Shown: piece after piece, positions 29,340 through 40,365 of the stretch | Layout of the letters: the number at the start of each line of letters is the position of its first letter | Position numbering within the stretch: position 1 is the stretch's first letter | NCBI RefSeq assembly: GCF_006345805.1 | Contig: NC_042997.1 | Location: 3,472,001 to 3,536,000, forward strand | Direction: 5' to 3' | Origin: Octopus sinensis | Lineage: Eukaryota | DNA length: 64,000 nt | The notes under the pieces: generated by a model | The model's database searches: none | The model's input: only the letters and a program-made list of their open reading frames with translations | Told to the model about the DNA's origin: nothing | Position numbers and translations under genes: made by a program

Positions 29340-30110
29340 GGAATGTGACGAATGAGTTTTTTGTCAACGTGTTTCGCCTCGTTGTCGACACAGTTTTACA
29401 ATTGTTGTTGTAGTGCTTTGATCCCAATGGTGAAGAAACGTTCATCTTGTTGGTCAAAAACTCATCAACAGCAGATATTACGTCATCATATCTGCGATAT
29501 TGATCCGCAGTCAAGTTTTCTTTCATGTTGGAGGAGAGATGATAATCAGAAGGGGAAAATTAGGTGAATAAGAAGACTTATCAACAAGATCAGAACCAGA
29601 TCACTGTCATGCGCAGCATTCATTTATACTAGGGACTTGTATGTTGGAGGATTGTCCACGTGATACCAGAAATCTTTCGTCAGGTTACCTGGCTGCTGTT
29701 TTTAGCAAGACTTTCATAACTGCCTGAGAAAATTGGCATATTACTCTCCGAAAATAGTGAGGCCGTTTTAAAGGCTGTCAATAAACACGACGGCCTTTGC
29801 ATACTATCCTTTCCCCTTCAGATATAACAACCTTCGCGTTCTTTGGAAGAGGTAAGGAGGATGTTTCTACAACATAGATTGGCACTTTAACTCTGGCTAA
29901 AAGTGATGAAGCCAAAACGCTTACTATCTTAGGAAACGTTCCAGGAAATCAGCTGGATGTGCCTTAAAGAAGGTGAAAACTTTTCATGATGTCATCAGCC
30001 TGGTGTCAGAAAACGTGGTGCCAACGAAACAGAGACTTCACCAAGTAACGTTCAGTGTTGAATATTCTCCTCTCATTCACAGGAACCGCAATATAATCCA
30101 TAGTATTTAA
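29340..30110 (-). mobile_element. Decayed mariner transposase
   Basis: Minus strand: EYYANFLRQL, SDYHLSSNMKENL and DDVISAVDEF; similar to the relic at 4690-5125. Confidence 0.72.
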
Positions 30111-30232
30111 ACAAACATGATGTGATGAAGAGGGTCAATAATTCTCATGGTTTTGGCGATTGCAAGGCATTGAGATGTATGTATATACGCATGTATGTGT
30201 GTGTGCGTAGACATATGTACTTACATACATAC

Positions 30233-30299
<67 letters not shown>

Positions 30300-30349
30300 A
30301 TGTGTATGTGTGGTGTTTTAGTAGACATATTTACATACATACATATATA

Positions 30350-30653
30350 GGCGCAATGGCCTAGTGGTTAGGGCAACGGACACGCTGTCGTAGGATCGAG
30401 GTTTCGATTCCCAGACCGGGCTTTGTCAGTGTTTATTGGGTGAAAACACCTAAAGCTCCACGAGCCTCCGGCATGTGGTGGTGTCGATCCCTGCTGTACT
30501 CTTTCGCCACAACTTTCTTTCACACTTTCTTCTTTTGGCCTGCTCACTTAGCCAGCGGGGTGGCGTCATTGAAGGCTAAAATGATGTGAAGCGCATTGTG
30601 ACCAGCGATGTGTAGCAACATCTGATGGCCTGGTCGGTCACGTGATCACGTGA
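30350..30653 (+). mobile_element. tRNA-derived SINE (second family)
   Basis: Box A TGGCCTAGTGGTTAGG, box B GGTTTCGATTCCC, ~230-bp non-tRNA body, ends in (TA)n. Confidence 0.8.
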
Positions 30654-30660
30654 TATATAT

Positions 30661-30694
<34 letters not shown>

Positions 30695-31100
30695 ATATAT
30701 ATATATATATTATATATATATATATATATATACGTTTATCAGTTTGTGTTGCAAGATACTCCTGATGTGGAGTCATTTGTTGAAACACACATTATTGTCT
30801 TTCAGTATGGTCATTTTTATATATATATCTTTTTTTGCAATATAAACACACTCACTATTTATTAGTACTTTACTCGTTAATTACTGATATCATTTTTAAT
30901 ATATATTAACTAATATATATTAAGAGCACACACGAAAACGAAAAATGTCACTGAAGTGTTCACAGATGTATGAGGTAAGATTCCAGTCGATGGTGAGTAG
31001 TTAAAATATAGAAAATCGAACAGTGATAAAGGAGTGTAGAACAAATATATAGTGCCTTTGTTTATTTGGAAAAACTAAATGTATAAACCTAACCATACCG

Positions 31101-31188
<88 letters not shown>

Positions 31189-31790
31189 TATATATATATG
31201 ATGAGATTCGGTATGGGTATAAAAATATACCATAAATAAGTATAAAACTGGAGAAAAGATGTTGAGACTGAATTATGTTTATTACAAAACTGGATTCAAT
31301 GCATACGTATGTTTCGAAAAAAAAATGCAAATATTTAAAGAAAAAATGTTAATTATAGTGATTATAATTATAATTGAAAATTGGAAAATTAAAATTACGA
31401 CTAAAAATTAAATTTAAAATTAAACTAAAAAGAAAATAAAGAAAATGACAAATAATTTAATATTTAAAATTTAATATCTGCATTGTCATTCTCATAAGTG
31501 AGGTATCTTTTGAAGGACATCAAAGAAATTTAATAAGATGGAGTAAAACGAGATGAAAATGAAATAAAATAAAAAGGAAGATGAAATACAATCGGAGAAC
31601 ACAGATAGTATAATAAAGGAAATCTGGTAACGTACCATGCAAGTTGTGAACGGGGGAATGATATCAACAACAATAATAGTGGTGAGAGAGACGAAATAGA
31701 AAAAAAAATGATAATAAAAATGTATCAATGTCTATGCAAGTCTATATGCACAGTGAAACTATTACTTAATAATCTAACGGGTGTGTTTAA

Positions 31791-31903
<113 letters not shown>

Positions 31904-32450
31904 GAGAAAGCTCCGGGCTGAATAACAACATGGATGTTCCCTGGGAGCCTCTCTCCAAAAAACGAATTTAATCCAACAACATCGTTGCAATGGAAGAAAG
32001 GTTCCACAAAATATCTTTTCCAAAGTTTCTTTTAAGGCAAAGTAACTAAAAAGTCCGAACTATTATTGCCATATATAGTATGGTTTTCTTTCTTTTATGC
32101 ATAACATTTCCACGTGACATGCATAAGAAATAGAAGCGAACATCAGAGCTCTTGAAAGACAGTAAGTACATAAATTGATTAATTAATTAATTAATTAAAT
32201 AAGTATACATGCAACTGTTTATGCATACACGTAGACATTTTGATTGTAAAGTATACATGCAACTGTTTGTGCATACATGTACACATTTTAATTACAAAGC
32301 ATAAATAATGCTTACACGCGCTCACACGTACACACAGAAAGAAAAACCACGTTACGCGGACGAAAACAAAACAAAAACAAAGCGATTTTTCACGAACAAA
32401 CGCTAAAAAGAGCAAATTGGTCACTGAATTTAGGACGTCACTGAACAGTT

Positions 32451-35400
32451 ATGCCCGGAAACATGACTACCAAAATAAATAGAGGCGAATTTCGATCTGT
32501 AAGTCTTATGCGAGTTCGAAATGAACAATATATTAATTCGGAGAATTCAGAAGCGGTGTCTTGTCAAAAAATTGACCCTGTACAAACACTCCCTTCTTCT
32601 AACGTCACCGTCACAGAAGCGGCGTCTTGTCAAAAAGTTGACCCTGAAAAAATAGACCCCTCTGATGTCGCCGTCAATCATTTAATGAAAACAAGCCAAA
32701 AATCATGCCGGATCGGTCATCGCCCGGGACAACAAGGAACGCGTTACCCAGTAGGGAACCAGACTGGGGTCGAAAAGTTTGCTGCTGGAACAAACTCTCA
32801 AAAAGATGATCTACCAGGTGACCAGAACCAGAATACTTCTAACTCTGGACTTGTAGTGACACCACCAAAAACACCACCTAAAGCAAAACGTATAAAATGG
32901 ACCAGAGAGGACTATAGAGATGTGTTGAAAGCTTTTTATACAGCCCAACTAAACCCAAACAATAACCTCAGTGTACAAACATACATCTCATGGAGAAATT
33001 CAGTAGGCAATGACGTACGTAGATATATAGACGCAAATAAATTAAGTAATGTACGCAGAGATATAATTAAAAACAAAAGACTAACTGACGCTGAAATTGA
33101 CAAAATTAGGACACTAATAGCTCATGGTAGACCAAAAGAAAACAGCAACAATGTAGACGAAATAGGTAACAGTAGCACAGAAGCCAGTGTACAAGCGGCA
33201 AATCAACTTCCCAATGGGGAAGTTAAACAAAGAATAGCGAAGACGAGAGATTTGAAAAAAGAGGAGAACGTAGACCTTCCTCAAGAAAACCAAAATAGAT
33301 ATGACATAGAATTTGAGGTGAATAATAGAGAAAAGATTATGGAAGCAAAAGTGGACATTATGAGAGAACTCGGCAAGATTGAGCTCACTGACATGGTTAA
33401 TAGAGAACCACTACCAAAGTTTTCAAATGGCACAAGAAATGACAACACAATCATGACATATAACGTTGCCCTAGGACAGATCTTAAGAAATAAGGGGAAT
33501 GATTTGACAACCTTAAATAATCTCATTTATTCAACTGCTAAAGTAGCAACTACCCAACTAGGTATTAAAATTACAAAGAAAAAGGCCAGGCATGTCAATG
33601 AACCTCCTAAGTGGAAAGTAGCGATACAAAAAGAGATTGAATCTCTGCGGGCGGATGTTTCAGTTCTCGATGAGCTTGCTAGAGGAGTGAATATTAAGCC
33701 GAGAAAAGCTAGAAAAATCAAGCAAAAATATAAAATCAAAGATCTCATAAACCTCCCTGCAACTAAGGAACTGTTGAAACAACGGATACAGTTGAAAGCT
33801 CAACGGCTTAGAAGGTATGACAAAAGAAACAAATTTTATCGACAAAATAAATTTTTTAAGACAGATGCAAAGAAATTTTTTAGGGAAATTGGCAAAAATA
33901 AAATACACATAGAAGATCCACCTAAGATTGAGGAAGTGGAGGAGTTCTGGAAGAAGGTATGGAGCAACGAAAAAGAGTTTAATGCTGAGGCTGACTGGAT
34001 AGAACGTGAGAAAGAGAGACTGGATGAACTTGAAGAACAGAAATGGGAAGAAATAGGAATAGAGGAGCTAAGGTGTTTCCTTAGGAAGGCTCATAAATGG
34101 AAAACCCCAGGACTGGATCGGATCCCTAACTTCTGGCTGAATTGTTTGACAGAGGTACACGAACATCTCGCTGCATCTCTGTCTGATGTCATTCAGAACC
34201 CAGAGCAAATACCTGCTTGGCTGACTGAAGGAACCACCTACCTATTACCTAAAACCGAAGACACAAAAAACCCAAAGAATTACCGGCCAATAACATGTCT
34301 CAACACCACCTACAAAATCCTCACATCCATAATAACGGAGAGAATGTACGCTTTCCTTGAACAAAATTCTATCCTTCCACAAGCTCAAAAAGGTTGTAAA
34401 AGAAACTCTTATGGGTGCAAAGACCAATTGCTCATAAACGGAATGATTGTAGAGAATTGCCGGAGCAAGAACAAAAACCTGAGTATGGCATGGATAGACT
34501 ACAGGAAAGCGTATGACAGTGTCCCACATAAATGGATACTCAAGGCCCTTGAGATATACAAGATCTCTCCTGTCGTCTCAAACTTCTTAGAGAATAGCAT
34601 GACCATGTGGAACACACGTCTCTTTCTAAGCCATAGTAATGGGATGAGCCAGTCCAATAGCATCAACATCAAACGAGGCATCTTTCAAGGTGACTCCCTC
34701 TCTCCATTACTTTTTTGCATGGCACTGATCCCACTCTCAAACGAATTGGATAGTACCAGATATGGGTACAAAGTTTTTAGTAAGTTAATAAACCACCTTT
34801 TCTATATGGACGACCTAAAGCTGTTTGCCAGGAATGACCAAGAGCTAGAAGGGCTGCTAACAACTGTTAAAGAGTTTAGCAATGATATCGGGATGGATTT
34901 TGGCCTTGATAAGTGTGCTAACGCAACTTTTGTAAGAGGCAAGCTCAGGCAAACAGCTTCTGTTAAATTAGATATTGACACTACCATCAAGGAACTTGAC
35001 CCACAAGAAAGTTACAAATACCTACGAATCAACGAAGGAGATGGTATACATCATGCTACTATGAAGGAAAAGATAAGAAAGGAATATTATAGGAGAATAA
35101 GGCTTGTACTGAAGACTGAACACAACTCCAAAAATTGCATTGAGGCCATTAACACCCTGGCACTTCCAGTAGTCCAGTACAGTTTTAACATCATTAACTG
35201 GAACCTTACGGAACTCCAACGCTTGGACAGGAAGACAAGAAAATTACTGACATCCAAGAGCATGCACCACCCTAGGGCAGATGTAGACTGCTTGTACCTA
35301 CCTAGAAGCAGCGGGGGAAGAGGAATGATGCAATTAGAGCTGTGCTATAAGACCTCTACTGTAGGAATGAACAGGTACCTATCTAGTACAAAGGACTGGA

Positions 35401-36356
35401 TGCTGCGACTTGTATGCGAACACGAAAGCAGCAAAAAGCTGCATTCTATTGTCAAGGAAGCTTATAAGTTCGAAAGGGAACTAGACGTTAACCTTGAATC
35501 AGATGAAGAGTCGGAAACCACTGCTACCAAGCAAGCAAAGCGAATCAAGCAGACTGCAAAAAAGAACGGGCAGAATCAAATTGAGAGGCGGTGGAGCCAG
35601 AAGCCCCTGCATGGACAATATATTCTCCGAAGCCAAAACGCTGATGTAGACCAAGGAACAACCCATCAGTGGCTGAAGAGCTCTGGATTGAAAGCAGAGA
35701 CTGAAGGCTTCATAATGGCAGCACAAGATCAAAGCTTGTTTACCAGAAATTACCAGGCTAACGTTCTCCGAAACGGTACTGACCCTAAATGCAGATTCTG
35801 TGACACATTTGACGAAACAATAGACCATCTCGTTTCGGGATGTCCTGTGCTGACACCAAACGAATACAAAAATCGCCACGATAGGGTAGGACAGTATATA
35901 CATTGGAAGATATGTAAACACTACAAATCCGACACTCCTGCTAACTGGTATGAACACCATCCTCAGCCAGTTGTTGAAGGTAAAGATGTCACCATCCTCT
36001 GGGATTTTCCAGTCAACACTGACAGAACGATCAAGGCTAATCGACCAGACATAATTGTGAAAGACAGGGAAGAAAATACCTGCAGACTAATAGAAGTAAG
36101 CGTCCCCACTGATAAAAATGTATCTGTCAAGGAATTTGACAAACTTAGTAAATATACGGACCTGGAAATCGAAATACAGAGGATGTGGAATCTTAAAACA
36201 AAAACTGTTCCTGTTATTGTAGGTGCCCTAGGTATGATAAAAAAGGGATGTCAGAAACACCTAGACAATATCCCTGGAAAACCATGTCTCAAGGAAATCC
36301 AAAAGATTGTGCTAACAAGTACTGCCCACATCCTTAGAAAAACCCTATCAATGTAA
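32451..36356 (+). CDS. 1301-aa polyprotein: N-terminal domain, reverse transcriptase, CCHC zinc knuckle, restriction-like endonuclease
   Basis: PGLDRI, YRPITCL, IDYRKAYDSV, GIFQGDSLSP, YMDD (34803-34814), YKYL, CRFC..ETIDHLVSGC (35790-35843), RPD (36042-36050), LIEVSVP, KLSKY; no stops or frameshifts. Confidence 0.97.
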   Translation: MPGNMTTKINRGEFRSVSLMRVRNEQYINSENSEAVSCQKIDPVQTLPSSNVTVTEAASCQKVDPEKIDPSDVAVNHLMKTSQKSCRIGHRPGQQGTRYPVGNQTGVEKFAAGTNSQKDDLPGDQNQNTSNSGLVVTPPKTPPKAKRIKWTREDYRDVLKAFYTAQLNPNNNLSVQTYISWRNSVGNDVRRYIDANKLSNVRRDIIKNKRLTDAEIDKIRTLIAHGRPKENSNNVDEIGNSSTEASVQAANQLPNGEVKQRIAKTRDLKKEENVDLPQENQNRYDIEFEVNNREKIMEAKVDIMRELGKIELTDMVNREPLPKFSNGTRNDNTIMTYNVALGQILRNKGNDLTTLNNLIYSTAKVATTQLGIKITKKKARHVNEPPKWKVAIQKEIESLRADVSVLDELARGVNIKPRKARKIKQKYKIKDLINLPATKELLKQRIQLKAQRLRRYDKRNKFYRQNKFFKTDAKKFFREIGKNKIHIEDPPKIEEVEEFWKKVWSNEKEFNAEADWIEREKERLDELEEQKWEEIGIEELRCFLRKAHKWKTPGLDRIPNFWLNCLTEVHEHLAASLSDVIQNPEQIPAWLTEGTTYLLPKTEDTKNPKNYRPITCLNTTYKILTSIITERMYAFLEQNSILPQAQKGCKRNSYGCKDQLLINGMIVENCRSKNKNLSMAWIDYRKAYDSVPHKWILKALEIYKISPVVSNFLENSMTMWNTRLFLSHSNGMSQSNSINIKRGIFQGDSLSPLLFCMALIPLSNELDSTRYGYKVFSKLINHLFYMDDLKLFARNDQELEGLLTTVKEFSNDIGMDFGLDKCANATFVRGKLRQTASVKLDIDTTIKELDPQESYKYLRINEGDGIHHATMKEKIRKEYYRRIRLVLKTEHNSKNCIEAINTLALPVVQYSFNIINWNLTELQRLDRKTRKLLTSKSMHHPRADVDCLYLPRSSGGRGMMQLELCYKTSTVGMNRYLSSTKDWMLRLVCEHESSKKLHSIVKEAYKFERELDVNLESDEESETTATKQAKRIKQTAKKNGQNQIERRWSQKPLHGQYILRSQNADVDQGTTHQWLKSSGLKAETEGFIMAAQDQSLFTRNYQANVLRNGTDPKCRFCDTFDETIDHLVSGCPVLTPNEYKNRHDRVGQYIHWKICKHYKSDTPANWYEHHPQPVVEGKDVTILWDFPVNTDRTIKANRPDIIVKDREENTCRLIEVSVPTDKNVSVKEFDKLSKYTDLEIEIQRMWNLKTKTVPVIVGALGMIKKGCQKHLDNIPGKPCLKEIQKIVLTSTAHILRKTLSM

Positions 36357-36438
36357 ATGTGTGTGTTTGCATTACATGGAGATATATCTCTACTTCCCCT
36401 CCCCAAGCTTTCAGCTATATTTCAACAACTCTTAACCT

Positions 36439-36477
36439 TCACTTGCCCTAGGGCGCTGGGTGTGCTCCGGCAAGTGA
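36439..36477 (+). ncRNA. 3' UTR stem-loop of the Dong-like element
   Basis: TCACTTGCC/GGCAAGTGA 9-bp outer stem, CTA/C internal loop, 6-bp inner stem GGGCGC/GTGCTC, TGGGT loop. Confidence 0.75.
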
Positions 36478-36663
36478 TTGCATCAAACATGCAGATTAAA
36501 AGTAAATGACAATAATAATAATAATAATAATAATACACACTGTTACAGACGAAATACTCTGTAAACAAAGCCACGTGTGTTTATTAGAATACAACGTAAC
36601 AATTTCGCTAGCATAAGAAAGCCATTGAGGTTTGTGCATATACATAATACTATTTACAAACGA

Positions 36664-36730
<67 letters not shown>

Positions 36731-36744
36731 TAGGTGAATGAATT

Positions 36745-37518
36745 ATCCTATGTTTATCGTCAGCATGGAAAATTCTTCCGCTACCAATGTCTTCTTCAAT
36801 ATACGAGCGTCCACTTCCCAGTTATCCAAGAGGATTTGAAACCACTATTCAACATTCAGGGATAATAAGAAAATGATATAGAACAGGGCTAAGTAAATTA
36901 GTTTGGCGTCTTAAAGACAACAATTCAAATTTCAAGTTAGAATGATTCATACTGTCTGTATCCTTTCCTTTTGATAAGGGCAGGAGATTTTGTAACATTT
37001 GTAACTCTGAACTCTTCCATACTCTTTTCTCTAAGGTTCCCTTAGTAAACACACTAATAGAAAAATCATACAAATGTAAACCCTGGGAGAAACACACTTT
37101 CAACTCATATAAATGATAACGATAATCACTGTGGTTTGAACAATTAGCTTTACGTCCACTTCTATAGAGAAATTCTTTCCCAAGCCGTCGAACATTCTTT
37201 CAATCAACGTACCCTTCCCTCTCCACTAGTTCCCTACCTATTATTCCTTTAACCCTTCTCTTCCTACTATCTCTCTTTGACGTCAATTCTTCTAACAGTT
37301 TAAAAAAAAAACACTCATTATCGCTTTGTTTACCATGTAGGTAGTCATCGAAATTTTTGTTTATCTTGTTGTCGAGAGAGGTTCCCTTTCTTTCCTGATG
37401 AGAAGACTGCATAATGCACCCTTTATTCCTTTGGAATGAAAACATGTTGTCTTCGAAACATATGTCGAGAGTAAAGGAATATTGTTAACATCTTCGTACG
37501 ACTCCATTCTTTCATTTA

Positions 37519-37520
<2 letters not shown>
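36745..37520 (+). mobile_element. Penelope-like 3' fragment (GIY-YIG C-terminus and hammerhead-bearing UTR) between (TA)n tracts
   Basis: Translation LSKLVWRLKDNNSNFKLE*FIL..PFDKGRRFCNICNSELFHTLF..LVN..KCK resembles PLE C-termini (LSK.IW.LK..CNLC..E); hammerhead about 290 bp downstream. Confidence 0.72.
37382..37479 (+). ncRNA. Type I hammerhead ribozyme, intact core
   Basis: CUGAUGA 37395-37401; stem II GAAGAC/GUCUUC; GAAA 37455-37458; palindromic stem III ACAUAUGU; GUC cleavage triplet (after 37466); stem I CUUUC/GAGAG with extension. Confidence 0.85.
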
Positions 37521-37595
<75 letters not shown>

Positions 37596-37658
37596 TATAT
37601 ATATATGTATACATATATATATGTATACATATATATGTATACGTATATATATATATGT

Positions 37659-37737
<79 letters not shown>

Positions 37738-37967
37738 ATATGTATATATACAGTCGAACATTGTGAAGCATAACTCATCACTACTACATGAACCTGTAGA
37801 TTGCAGGATTTAATGTATGAAAGTACAAGTTCAATCAGAATGAACATTTAACGTTCTATTATTTTATTTTATTTTATTTTATTCTATTATATTATATTAT
37901 CTTATAATATATCATTATAAGATTGTAAATAAAACGTGAAAATCAGACAAGGTTGGAATTCCTTTTA

Positions 37968-38034
<67 letters not shown>

Positions 38035-38057
38035 ATTATATATATATATATATATAT

Positions 38058-39092
38058 ACGCCTAGAAACAAACAGCACCGTGAAGCATATCACTCTGACA
38101 GTGATTTGGAAAAGACACGCAGTACTGGGTTGTATTCGCACCGGAAGCTCCAATAGAACAATTCACAGTGTTTGGGTGTCAATCTGAGGACAGTGCATGC
38201 TATTCGGAAAGCGTTGGATGAGTGAGTCTAATGGTGATTACAGAGGAACAGTAGCTAGGTCAACTCACTCGTTCTGATAAGAAAAGAACTTCTGAATTTG
38301 TTGATGAGATCCAGGCCATGATTGACAAAAATCTCTCCAAGTGAATCAGGTCAATCATCGAGCAGGTGGTGCATGAAGACATTCGCTATTCTTCATGCAA
38401 GATGAGAAACGGTCAATTTTTATCCCATTCCATCAACGGCAAGAGGAAAAACTGCGCTACGAAGCTTTTGAACTGACTCAACATCCCTTGCCACCGAACA
38501 CCCTTTGATATTTCTCAGACGAGAAGAATTTCTTCCAGGATCAGATGGTGAATACACAGAACAATTGTTGACTTGCCGTGTCCCCAAAGCATGTACCGAG
38601 AATGATAAAAATCAAACAGTCAGTCAACATAATCGTGTTTGGAGTGATCGCTAGTGATTGTGAAGTTCTGTCTTAATTCGTCTTCCCACATGACCGAAGA
38701 CTTAACACGGAGGCCTACATAAAATATGGAAGAGGTAGTGCTGCCTTCGGTCAATAGGGTGGGTACTGGATGATTTGTGTCTTGCATCATGATTAAGCAC
38801 CTTGCCACAAGAACAAGAAAACCCAGTCACTGCTGTGGACAATTTCTATTGACAATAATCTGAAGGCAAGGACTATAGCAGCATTCGCCAAGATAAACAA
38901 GGTGACCGTCCAGAAAAGTTGCACAAATTTCTGAAATCTTCTGGAGCCGTGATAGAAGCCGATAGTGATTTTATTAAATAAATTTACTCTTTAGTATTTC
39001 AGGATAATTTTATGGAATGTTGGTGAAATGAGAATTCAAAGTCCTTTCCATTTTTGCGTAATTTAGACAACAATTTATTCACAACACCCTAT
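38058..39092 (+). mobile_element. Decayed Tc1/mariner-superfamily element of maT (DD37D)-like type
   Basis: FSDEKNFFQDQMVNTQNN, VNIIVFGVIASD, RLNTEAYIK and HHD*APCH motifs; 3' TIR-like end (AATTTATTCACAACACCCTA). Confidence 0.72.
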
Positions 39093-40365
39093 TTGTGTTC
39101 GTGTGTGCGTGCATGTGTGTGTGTGTGCGCGCGCGCGTTATATATATATATCAAAGAAATAACCATACACATGTATGCTTATCGTATTTCATGGTATACG
39201 AGCGACATCCTTGAAAATACTCTTCAAACCATTATCACTTTTGACCTACAAGAGATGGCTTAGTATGCGCTACTGATATTGGGGTGCGTCCAATAAGCTT
39301 CATCAATTATGCCATAGAATACGTCACTTATATAATTATATTTTCTCTATAACTTCCTATATGTATATCTCCTCAGTACATATATATGATTGCGTATGCT
39401 TGCGTCTATGAGCCTTTGTCTGTAGGACTCTGTGCGTGTTTAAGTGTGTGAGTGTTTGTCTGTAGGACTCTGTGTGTGTGTGTGTGTGTGTGTGTAAATA
39501 TAGATTATAAGAAAATGTGGGTACGCTTTTACGTACAATATATTTTTGTTCCTTTGTCAACAACGATTCTATTTTTATGAATATACAACGTAATAACATT
39601 ACGGATGATATTCTTCGGAGACTTTCAAACAGAAAACCAGTATTTTCTTTGTTTTTTGACGAATAGTTGATTGGGTGCAATAAGAAATGTTGTCCCGGGA
39701 TCTGTGCATGATTCTTTCTAACGGTTTCTGGCATTCATGACAAAATAACAACTTGAATTGTTGAAGTCACGTGTTTCTTTCTCTTATTACTATCGAACGA
39801 TATGACAAAAACTGATGCGTGTCACATGAAATAATTAAATGAAAAGGAAAGAAAGCGAATATCATTAACCAGTAATAAATAAAGGATAGATTCAATACAT
39901 ATGCATATTTCCATGCATAAAGGGGTCATTGACTATGATAAGCTCGTTCTTTAATACAGTCAATTATATCGAAATCTTTACGTGACTTCTTCGAAGACAG
40001 GAGAATGAAAGGCAATACTGGAACAGTTGCCTAATGCTATGCAATATTCTAATGTTCAAAATACTGTTTTTCAACACCATATGTTTGAAATATGAGCAGC
40101 TAGGAAAGGTGTTTTTCCTATATAGGAATACCATAACGATATGAAAAGCATCCTTTTGATGTTAGGAATATCTAATACATAGATATTTTAATGAATCTCA
40201 GCGTGCAAAATACGGAAGATACATTCTTCTCCGATACTGATAGCAACATCAATGGTTCTCGAAATATTATTGCTAAGTATTTCACTGACATCCACATTCT
40301 AAAATAGTTATGGAGATAAGCATTAGTAACAAATGTCTAAAATATTTTCTGCGCAGTTACCACAA

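Larger units (their letters stand above)
31904..36510 (+). mobile_element. Full-length R4/Dong-clade site-specific non-LTR retrotransposon
   Basis: Single long ORF with RT and REL, ~550-bp 5' UTR, ~155-bp 3' UTR, AAT repeats on both sides; Dong elements are known to target TAA repeats. Confidence 0.93.

Noticed and set aside
30350-30425. tRNA gene
   Set aside because: Box A and B are present, but there is no convincing cloverleaf and the sequence continues into a SINE body; treated as a SINE head.
31904-32030. HDV-like ribozyme at the 5' end of the Dong element (as in R2/R4)
   Set aside because: A hairpin forms, but I could not place the P1.1 GG, P3/L3 and P2 pseudoknot in HDV order. An Infernal or RNArobo search would settle it.
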